From Lama guanicoe (taxonomy: Eukaryota): 64,000 nucleotides of DNA. Shown piece after piece: positions 52,819-64,000 of this stretch. Location of the stretch: contig MU054001.1 in the NCBI GenBank assembly GCA_013239625.1, positions 1,491,884-1,555,883 of the forward strand. Reading direction: 5' to 3'. The position numbers and the translations under genes were made by a program. How positions within the stretch are numbered: the first letter of the stretch is position 1; each line of letters opens with the position of its first letter. The notes below the pieces were generated by a model. It saw only the letters and a program-made list of their open reading frames with translations, had not been told where the DNA came from and made no database searches.

Positions 52819-55800
52819 TAGAAAGGGACAGAAAAATTGGGTTTTTTTGACTTTGATAAAATCATGTTAGGAGTCACTGGATCGTGCTCAAATTTGTCTA
52901 GTTAAAACATTGAACATAACAATTCATCCTAATTCACAGAAGAGGCATGTATGAAGCTACATAAAATATGAATTGAGTTTAAGTTTTTTTTATATTATGG
53001 GCAGAAATATTGACTTAGGCAAATGGAGAAACCACTAGCTAGTTACATGATCACAGTATCATTCTGAATGATCACACTTAAGTTCTTCATCCAAACGCCT
53101 TCTATAAATTTTACAGAATTATTTAAATCTCTCTCATTGTGTGGCGGCAGCTTGACAGTGGAATGTGCACACAATTAAGATTTTAAAAATTGGGTTCTTG
53201 CTCCTCTACTTACTATCTGGTGACCTTGGACAAGCCTAATCATTCTGAACTTGAGCTTTCTTTACATGTAAAAATAAAAGGATTTAAGCAAATGACCATA
53301 AAGTTCTCTTCCATCTCCAAAAAATGATCGTAGGTCCCTTTCCTCATCTTGAAAATGAATCACCTTAAATCTACCCATCTTACAAAGCAATTCAGTTGCA
53401 TAGAGAAGACTCAATACTATAGACAGAACCTAAATATTTCTAATAAAAATTCCTGATCCTCTCCATCCACACACAAACTTTATTTATAATGAAGCAAAAG
53501 TCAATAAATATTTTTAAGTAAGTTTTTTTCATTTCCACTACGAGGGAAGGAAATAAGATTTTAGCTCTAATTCATCTTCGTTTGGAATATGCTTCACATA
53601 AAAAATAAACATTTTTAAGGAAATAAAAAAATCATGTAAAACTTTCAGTTCATTGAGAGAACAAAAAACACCATCTGAACAGAAGGAAAAATTTGTTCTA
53701 TTTTTTTTTCTCCAAGCCAAAATGTTAACACTATCTGTTCCCTAGACAGAGTCCCTTTGAAGTCAATAAGGCCTCCACGCAGGCAGGAGGCAGCTGCAGG
53801 ATGAAAGGGCTTGGCAACTCCCAGCTATGTGAGATTGGCAATGGACTTTGAATATAACCAAAGTAATCATAGTGAATTATAAATCAGAAAATACATTCTG
53901 CCACTAATTAACTTTCTACATGGAAGGGAGCACTTGACCTCCCAGAGCCTCATCTTCCTTGTCTGTAAAATGGAGTGATAACACCAGATTAGAAAAAAGG
54001 GCAGGAGATGGTAGATCCACAGTAACGTACAAAAATATATTTTACCTTTTAAAAGTCGTTTATCGTCTCTGAACTTTAGTTTTATCATCTTTGACTGTTG
54101 TTGGTCAAGATGACCTCTGCAGTCTGCAGGGTCTTTTATGCTAAATAAAAGCGATCCCCAAATATGAGATGAGCATGGCCAGCTAACTAGGGCTGTGGAT
54201 TGCTGTTTAAACAGGAGAGTTTGATGGAAGTTCCTGCCTATAGAAGAGCCACAGAACAAGAGAGTTCTTAAAATGTGACTGTGTAGATTAAATTTCTCCT
54301 CGTGTTTACACTCTTAGTAATTCGGACCTTTTTCACTGTTTGGTACGGGGTCCAGGACATACAAGTTGCACAAAGCACTGAATAGTGATGAACGCTTTCC
54401 TAAGTACTGTCTTTCTGAATAAACTTGAGGCATCATTATCAAGGTTGATATCTTAGTAGCCTTAATAGACTCTTCAAAGTCACCTTTGGGGCTGGGAATT
54501 AGGCCAGACTTGTCAGAACTAGGGGCTGGATGAGAACCCAGACCCTCTTGGGCCACAAGCAGCCTTACCCCTAAAGCTGCTGTGCAAATGTTGTCCTTTC
54601 CTGTTTGTGCTTCTTGGGATAAATAGGATAAACAGGAAATACTCGCTTAAGATGTGATCAATGTAATGTAGAAACAATTCTTATTGTGAAGAACCAATAG
54701 AAAGATTTGTACAAAGTGTATACATTTTAAAGTGTAACTATTGGAAAATCACCATGATACTGTAAATTCTAAGAAATTTTTTGAGTATAGTGTTTTTTTT
54801 TTAATTCCAGTAGTGATGTTCAGTGTTTCCATGATTTATGTAGAAAAGCTTAAGAATGACTATTACTGCCAAAATAATATAATTGGCGAATTTTAACACA
54901 GTAAGCTACTGTAATGTTTTAGGCAAAGGATGTTCTGTTCTTTAGACTGGATTATAGCAATAAACGTTGAAAGTTTTGGAAATAGCAAATAACAGTTCCA
55001 TCATTCCTAATTACAATTTTCATTTTTAAAAAGTAAACTTTTCTTAAGAGAATGAATTTTTTTCTGACCTTTATATTCTACATTTAAAAAAATCTAAATT
55101 ATGTGTCATATTTTATTTACCTCAAGCTAGTAATTCCATTATCTTCTAAGTGTGAAGTAACTCCTATAAATAAAAGTATGTCTCATTTTTAACAATGGGA
55201 CCAGGCTTGTAAAATTGCATGTAACTATTTTTGTAGGAAAAATTACATTTTAAGTGCAACAGCAAAATGTTTTATTTAAAGGAATTCTATTGATGATCCT
55301 TTCTCAAATTACCTTTGTTTAAATATGGATTTCCTTATTGAGGTAGAATAAATCAAAGTACAGGAGACATTTTGACTTAACACTCGCAGTTATCTATGAA
55401 TCACACAAATGAAAATAAGGTTCAAAATGTACGTTCAAGGGGTGTGAGTGAGTAATTTAAAAATCAAAAAAAAACTTTATCATAAATAATTTTAAAAAGA
55501 TTAAGTTTTTGAAAACTTTTTCTTTCACACCTCAGTTTATATTATAAAGACCTAAAGTTAAAACTTTAGTTCTTTCAGAATTTACTTCAGGAGTCCTAAA
55601 TCTGAGGTAAGTGAACCTATTTCTGGGTAATTTGGTTTCTGCAGTAGAATTTGTTAAGTGACCAATACTTGCTGCTATGTTTTATTTAACGCCAGCTGGT
55701 ACCTAAGATCTAACAGTTCCTTTGGCAACGTATGTCCGATTCTCTGTACTAAATAGAGCACATGTCTCACAGTACTTAAGAGACTTTATTATGTTACACA

Positions 55801-55868
55801 TGTCCTTATGATAGCAAATCAAGGGTCTTTCCTTTCTAACTTCACTTCTGTAATCTTATTATCTTCAG

Positions 55869-55971
55869 GTATTAAATTCCAAGATAAAGATGTAGCAGAA
55901 ACTCTGCAACCCATGCCTACAAAATATGGCAACAGTTTACTTGAAGAAGCCAGAGGAGAAATACGAAATTT
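55869..55971 (+). CDS. RPGRIP1L: RPGRIP1L exon 5
   Basis: atcttcag|GTATT...AATTT|GTACGT; 103 nt; (G)[33 protein letters not shown](L); phases consistent. Confidence 0.94.
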
Positions 55972-57195
55972 GTACGTATTCTTTTTGTGGTCATTATAGA
56001 GCATTGCCTATTGATCCCTCCCTTCCCTTTGTTTTAAACGAAATTGGTTTATGTACAGATAATTTGCTCCATTGAAGTATAACTAGATCTGTGGGGTAAG
56101 AACAGATATTACATAACATGTTTCCAGTAAAATGAGGAAAATGAACAACGTAACCTACTGCATCAATGGACGCCTTTAGAGAATAGTTCTCTTTATTATA
56201 ATTCTACCCCCAAAGGAATGGCATAAAGCCCAGTCATTAGCATAGTATATAAGCTTTAGAGGCAACATTTTCATTCTCAGAAGAATTGCAGGTAATTTTT
56301 TTTTTTAGGTCACGAATTAATTGGCCTTTTTGTGTTTAAAAAAAATTGGGAGTGGCTTAAAAGTTTGGAGCTATCAAATACATATGGATTTCAGATTTTG
56401 TTTCACTATGATTCTACGGTACTGCATTCTTCATCATATTGTGGTTTCAGAAACGTTACTTCTGCCACATTGAGCTTACTTTTCCAGTTAATCAAAGCCT
56501 TATGATGATTTCAGTGTCTGTAAGTCACACAAACGAAGATAAGGTTCAACCTTATCTACAGGCCTTTGCCTGGATCATCAAAAAGTCACAATTCTGAGCG
56601 AGGAAAGAAAACATGAGACAAAGAGTATCCTACTTTGAATAGCTGCTTGGGAATAAAATAGGCTTAAATTTTTTTTCTTTTGAATATTTTAAATACCAGA
56701 TATAATCATGATTAACCTGTAAGAGAATAAAATTAAAAGGCCAGACCTAATTATGTTACTGGTTAGTTAGGTGAAAAGCCAGATTTCAGACCAGCTTTTT
56801 GAGGCTCATTACACTGGGATGCTGCCAGGCATGGTAGAAATGAAATAGAAGCCAGAGACCACTAAGCTAGTTGTGTTTTGCAAATTTCTTGCCGTCTCTC
56901 TGTGAAGTGTTCATTTGCGTGGTATAACTGGTTTTGTTCATTTAGTTCATTTGTGTGGTCATACTGAAAGAACAAAGGCACATGAATTATCTGAAGATGA
57001 CCAGATCATAGAGCACATTGCTGATGGCCAATAAATACTGAATTGAATTGAACTGAAGTCCAGTCCATTACCTAGGACATTATCTTATACAAAGCAACAC
57101 GTACAATTCTTCTGTATATACTTCCAGATCATCACATTTAATCTGCTACTATTTCACCATGTCCAGAGGCACTTAAGCTAAAATTTTTAACTTAA

Positions 57196-57462
<267 letters not shown>

Positions 57463-58159
57463 TGATAAGGTCAAAATTAGTTTAAAATACTTTATCATGT
57501 GCCATAGAAGGATAAGTCTAGTCTACTTAAAAATCATGTTTTTCCTTAACATTCTTCATATAAGCCTGCTCAGGACCTGCTAACTACTATCAGCAACTCA
57601 AGTGTAAGGACATTGTTCCCTAACCCACTCTGCCTCATCTTGTTTCCTCTGCTCATTTGCTCCATTTGCCAAGCCTGTAGGAAGTTCTGATACCATTTGT
57701 TTGCACCTACCAAGAAAAATGTGTGTGACAAAGACTCAGTTGTTGGCATACCTTGTGAAGAAGTCCAGCCTTACTAAACCTTAATAAGATAGTAAATTTT
57801 TTTTCAACCTTAAAAGGTAATAAATTCCATAATACAGTACATGTTTTTTTTTCATCCTGTAAAGATATCACCTCTCCTAATATTCAAAGTTTGCATTGAA
57901 TTCTGCTGATCGTTAGGGAGACAGTGGGGCCCTTCCACAGTCTCCTTGCTGCCTCTTCATTTTTGATGTGAGATAACATACAGTATTTTCTTTCCCATCC
58001 TTCCTTGTTGTTTTTTGATTCCTGATACCTCTTCTCTCGTTTTGTACTTCCACCTTGTACTTCCAACGAGACTATCTTTCTACCATATTCTTTCTTGAAT
58101 TATTTTCTTCCTTTGTAGCCTTTCCTTTTCTCTTCTTTTTGTTTCTTTGTTTGGGCCAA

Positions 58160-58560
58160 GCATACCCAAAAGTAGAGAGAGTAGTGTATTGAAATCCCAT
58201 GTACCCATCACTCAGCTTTAACAATTACCAACATGTTAACCAATCTTGTTTCATCAATCCCTTCACCTTCCTTTTCTTAAATTAATTAGCCCCTGCCACA
58301 TATCATGTCATCGCACCCGTAAATGCTTCAGTATCTATATTTATTTATTTATATATATATGTATCTGTCTGATAAGGAATTTTTTTAACATAACCACCAT
58401 GCCTTTATCACACCTCATGAAATTAACAGCAATTCCTTAATATCAGCTAATAACTTGTTTATAGTCAGACTTCTCTGAAGATATATTTCTATTGTTTGTT
58501 TGAATTGGAATCCAAATGAGGTCTGCACATTGCATTTGACTGTTCTTTTACGTGTCTTTT
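58160..58560 (-). mobile_element. Old L1MC-like 3' fragment in RPGRIP1L intron 6 (related pieces at about 165-420 and 61040-61610)
   Basis: AAAAGTAGAGAGAGTAGTGTA...CCCATGTACCCATCACTCAGCTTTAACAATTACCAACAT, with similar decayed text at the other two sites. Confidence 0.55.
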
Positions 58561-59548
58561 ATTTCTCTCTTACTATTTCTTAAAACCAGACCTAGATCCT
58601 TAATATGTTTTTTCCCTTTCCAAGGGATATCAGGCTCATGTGGCTAGATTCCCATTTAGAAAAACCAAGTATGATTTTCCAGTTTTTCACTTCTGAATCA
58701 AGAGTTTGATTCACCTTCAACAAACTAATCTTACATGGTAGTACTTTAAAAAGCTAAGAAAAGATGCATAATAGAAGACTTGTTTTATAAAAAAAAAAGG
58801 GCTAAAAATATATATAAAGCTTTATATTTCAGAGATTTAAAAGGTTAGTATTATCTCTAATAATTTCTGTTCCTAAAAAAGTTATGTGTAAAATTAAATT
58901 ATGTAATGAAATTCTATATATTTAGTGACATTTATATACCCTTCTAAGTGCAAGACAAAAAAAATGAATTTTGAGAATTATACTTGTATTAGGGGATACA
59001 ATTTGAATGCTGGTTTTGAACCAGGGTTTTAAATACCTAGAAATTATCCATATTCCCCTAAGAAGAACTGATTTAAAGTTAGCCTTCTTGGAAAAACTCA
59101 GAAATGGTTTCTTGTGAGGAACAGTACTGAAGGACCAGACCCTACACTGAATATGGTGATCTTATTAGTAAATTGCCAATAGCCCGTATTTAAAATACTA
59201 TCTGAAGATAAAAATTCTGTACTTAAGCCAAGTCCAAGCTTGGAGCCCATTCCTCAACAGCTGAGTACAGTTATCAGACTACTTTCTCTGTTTATTTCTT
59301 AAATTCCCAAAGAGTAAGATGAAACTTGGGTTGGCCATTCCTTCTTTCAAAGGGGTATGATCATCTGAGAACTAGAGTTTTCAGTGTTAGTTAAAAGGGA
59401 GATCCAAAATGCCTTCAATCCTAGGACTCGAACAGCAGAAGAAATAGAGTGATAGAAGGGCCCACATATTTTAAACTGTAAATATTGTCAGCAAGAGACA
59501 TCAACATATACACATAGAAGAGTTTACCTGAAAAATTAAACTGAGGCC

Positions 59549-59689
59549 AAAGGAAGGGTATAGTTCAAGTGGTAGAGTGCGTGCTTAGCATGCAGGAGGT
59601 CCTGGGTTCAATCCCCAGTACATCCATTAAAAATAAACAAATAAATAAATAAACCTAATTATCTCCCCCTCCCCCACACAAAAAAAGAA
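59549..59689 (+). mobile_element. tRNA-derived SINE, Vic-1 type, with perfect 18-bp TSD
   Basis: Same structure as the 3032 copy. Flanked by AAAAATTAAACTGAGGCC at 59531-59548 and 59690-59707. Confidence 0.9.
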
Positions 59690-62600
59690 AAAAATTAAAC
59701 TGAGGCCTTCCTCAGGGGACTATATTATTCACTCCATAGTAGTCTGTTTTTTGTCACATCAAAAATTAGAAGTAGAGACAAAATGGGTATTACAGGTAAA
59801 GAAACTTTTGTTGCAGAGACCAAAGAAATAAACCAATTTGTACCCTACCTCACAGATTTTATAAAATTGAAAACTACAGGTTATTTGCTTAGAAGGACAG
59901 TACCAGTGGTGAATAATACATTGTTTCGTGAAATGCAGCTGTTGAAAACTGAAGGAATGACTTCAAATAAGGGCCTTCAAGTCTTTTTTTCTTATATGTT
60001 TACACATAGCTCAAAATTTTATGTGTAACAGCAATTTTTTTGAGACTAATGGAAAACTGTTGAAAAATGTTGGGGAGAGTATAAAACTTGATATAATTTA
60101 CTGTAGAGAAAAATCACAAAATGGAAAACATATTTAAACTTCTCTTTCACGGATACATTATTTCAGATTTGAAACTCTAGAAGTCTGATCTGAATGTTGG
60201 GCTCCTTGTTCTCAAACATGAACCTAACGTAGTTGTAGTCTTCAGAGTGCGGTGCTGGATATTTATGGCAAAGAGCCTTTTCATAGAATATTACAGAAAC
60301 TCTTCGTAGCATGTGTTTAATAGACCAGTTTGGTTTGGCATCGGCTTGACATAAACTTTTGGTTATCCAAAGCCCTTAATTGCTTTGAAGTAAAAGCCCA
60401 GTGCTGCTCTTTTTTATTAAAATCATGTTTTTTCCTGTTATTGTGGTCTATTTTGGAAGACTGAGTTGTGATTTTTGCATATGTTCTACATAATGCCTCA
60501 TTAGCAAAAAATCTTGTATCATTTACAAGTAGCCTGAATGTCTGTGCTGTTTTGAACAAAAATCCATATTAAAATTTAAACAATATAAAAATGCACATTT
60601 TCTGCTTATTAAAAAGGCTGTCTTAAATTAAATGCAAAGCAGTAACCAGTGAACACATGTACATGAACATTAAAATCAGGATGATTTTACCTTTTATTGA
60701 CTTTTTCAACTCCAAAAATATTTATACTCTTACCAAATGTGTAACTAGTTTGTGCTAAGTGGTTGGGTTTTTTTTAAAGTAAATGTTAGGATGTTTACCT
60801 TCTTAATTAAAAATCATGTAAGTGCCATAATGTCCCAATGGAGGAAATTTAACCCATAAATATTTCAGGCACTGACTTGCCCTGTTCCCTTTGGTTGACA
60901 GCACACTGTCAAATCTTAAAACACAGAGGCCTTTTGCAGCCACACAGTATAAGAAGCAGCTTGGCTTTAGGGGCTCCATCTTTCCAGCTGTGCACAGACG
61001 TGGATTACTTCCTGGCGCTCTGAGTTCCTCCCCAACTTTTCATTTTGAAAAATGGCAAACCTACAGCAAAGTTCTAAGAACAAGTAGCATGAAGACTCAC
61101 ATACCTTTCACCCCTTGGCGTGTCTGTGAATGACACAGCCTGCTCTGCATTCTGCCAGCTCAGGCACACGCCCATCTCCCTCCCTCGCACTTCCTCCTCT
61201 TTCTCTCAGTCTCTCTCTCTTTCTCGCTCTCAGAGTTAGGCACATTTATCACATCCGCTTCTCTACACTTCAAAGCACCTTCTAGGAACAAGGACATCCT
61301 CCTACATAACCACAGAACAACTATCACACATTCAGGACATTTAACAAGGAATGAAACAGTAGGATCATCTAACTACACAGACCGTATTCAAATTTCCCAA
61401 TTGTCCCAATAATGGCCTTTATAGCTTTTTTTTAAACAGCTATTTTTATTTTGTTTTGCTTTGTTTTGGTCTCGTATACAATCAGGTGTCATGTATTTTA
61501 TTTAATTGTTGTGTCTTTTAGGTTTCCCTTATTCTAGAGTGGTTCCCCCGTCTTTTTCAGCCCATTGATAGTTGTTTGCTGAATGCCCCTCAGTTTGGAT
61601 TTGTCTGATTGCCCAGCCCCCTAATTTAGAGGGCACATCTGGTTCTCGGATAGAAGGATAACTGGGGCCAGGGATAACCATGCAAACATTATTATTACAC
61701 AAGGAAGTGATCTGTCATTAAAAAAAATATATATTCAAGTTCTTACTGTTGTTTTGAATACCTTCGAATTTGCCTAATGAAAAATATCACATTCAAATAC
61801 TATTTCTTTTATCCTATTTTTTTTTATTATTAATGTTATCTAAGATTTTTGTGTGTGTGATAGCTGCCTGGCATGTTTTCCAAGCACTTTATTTAAACCA
61901 CAGAAATTATCACATTTAATAGAAACTAGAGTATTACTGTGTATGTGAGAGTGGAGAGAAAGCTAAAACTTAGGAACATCTCGGAGGAAGGAAGCAACTC
62001 AAAGGAGTGGGAAGAATTTCTCTGTTAGGCCTGGCTCCCTCCCATAAGGACTCTAGCCAAATTCTTTTCTTCTCTAAGCCTCAGTTAGCTACCTTAACTG
62101 TGAAATGAAGAGATTGAAATGACTACGTGGTTCCCTACCCTTTAAACAAACAGCAGCTTTTATCTCCAGGGACCTGTGATTCTGAAAGATTTAAATAAGT
62201 AGTTTGTATTAATTCAGTCAGTTTGTACTTCTTTTTTTCATCCAAGACCTGTATGATGCCAATCATTGCTTCTGATAATTGAGAAGTAGCCTGTGTTACT
62301 GCACTGATTTGGTATAATTCTGTCAAAAAATAAAAACAATATGAACCTTAAGTTCACTTTTGTAACTTAATTGCCAGTAAATCTACATTTCCCATTGGGC
62401 TTTTTGATATATTGAATATAATTCTCAGATTCCCATTACTAGTTGGAATCCATTAAACTTGACCTTCAAAATGATCCCCTTGAGAAGATGAGCCAGGATT
62501 TGGGTTCTTCCTGTTCCCAACCTGTCCTTGGGAGTGCTCCCTCCATTTTCAGAAGAGTGTAATCATATATATGTAGAAAGCTCTGTATAACTGTCCCCCT

Positions 62601-64000
62601 CCATTCCTTGGAGCTGGGGGAGGTTGACAATAAGAAAATACTGAGTTCTGATTTATATTTTTAGCCAACAGCACAAGAAAGATACAATCCAGAGGCAAAT
62701 AAACATAGAGACAAATTTTTTCCTTTACACAATCTTAGATCAGAGAGCATTATTTTCATTTAGGAACTAAAGTAACAGTTTTGAGCGAACTCATTACCTT
62801 TCAAATAGACTTCTTAGCTATTTTAGTGAAGCTTATTCCATTTAATTTACTAGCAACCTCCTGCAATCCTATTCAGAAGTGATACCTTGATTGTTATCTG
62901 TGTATCTCTAGGAAGAGCTATTAATAACTGACACTTCTTTAAACAATACACTTGCAGAATGTCTGCCACTATTAAAAAATAAATAAAACCGTATAGGATT
63001 CCTTAATCCTTAGATTGTTTCAGCCTTATGCCCTAAACTTAGTCAGCCTAAAACTGTTACTCGAAAAGAACCTCTTCGTTCTGTCTTATAAATATCTTAC
63101 CTAACAACTTTCCAGAATCTCATAGCCTAGTTTTTGTATTCTGAAGCCCTCTCTTCTAAATGGTGTTAAGTACTACATTATAACATTTTGCCTCAAAAAA
63201 ATCAAGAAGCCTTTTTTTAGCATTCATAATCTGTACTGCAGCAAAGAATGAAATTCTGACTGGGGGCCTGGGGAGAGTTTTATGCCTGGGAAATGAAGTA
63301 TAAGAAACTTTCACTGGAGCAAAAGATTTTGGCTTCTTAAGCTTTCATATTAGACTATACATTACATAGCACCACTGTAAGTTTTTCCTTCTCCAGTGTA
63401 TCTGAGGTTTTAAGTTTCTGGATTTATTATGGCACCCAGTAGCAAAGCTGGAGTCAAGTGTTTTCAAGGCTTCCATTAGAAATTCCTCTTTCAGAGTTTA
63501 TTACTTGACTGTTTCAAATTATGTTAGAGAAACTTGGCACATAGGTTTTTGAGCTGGATTACTTTTTCAACATAAAATCTAATTTATTTCAGTTTGTTTT
63601 TAATCTTGTTTTTAAGAGCCAACAGCTCTTCTCATAGTTTTAAGAAGATATGATTATAATTCTAAATAATATGTCTTTTAAAAAAAGAAAAAGAAAGAAA
63701 AGAAACTGTACTTTCCAACTTTATGTTCATAATTTTTTCAAAATCTTAGTTGAAAAATAGAAGAAATTTATTTTTACAAGGTATTTGATTAGTATTCTTG
63801 ATATCTGTTTGCAGATCATTTCACCATATGTAATGCAGCATGTATGATTTGGTGCATGCCTGTCAGAGTTCATCTGACTGTTTTTACTATGCATTGTTCT
63901 TGCTGTTCAAATGTCTTCATCCTGAAGACTTGATGTTCCCTTCATAGTGCGTGGAACAGGGCAGGAAAATCTTATGTGGCAATCACTTGAAATATTGCTC

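Overview
Mammalian genomic DNA, most likely camelid because it carries two copies of a Vic-1-type tRNA-derived SINE. The window spans the head-to-head FTO / RPGRIP1L locus. FTO exon 1 is on the minus strand (CDS 44486-44442, MKRTPTAEEREREAK), and positions 1-44441 are the proximal 44 kb of FTO intron 1. RPGRIP1L is on the plus strand: a non-coding exon 1 and five coding exons with canonical GT-AG junctions join into one open 776-nt frame, and the gene continues past the window end. Both genes share a CpG-rich bidirectional promoter with two ZNF143-type motifs, a YY1-like site and an RFX X-box. The rest is interspersed repeats (L1, L2, MIR, MaLR/MLT, an ERV1 solo LTR, hAT elements, SINEs), microsatellites and repeat-free stretches that look like enhancers. 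No wholly new biological system can be demonstrated. The best leads are a strong-Kozak uORF whose stop codon overlaps the FTO start codon, two candidate stop-containing cassette exons in FTO intron 1, and homotypic transcription-factor motif clusters. Repeat family names and boundaries were assigned by eye and are approximate unless target-site duplications (TSDs) are given.
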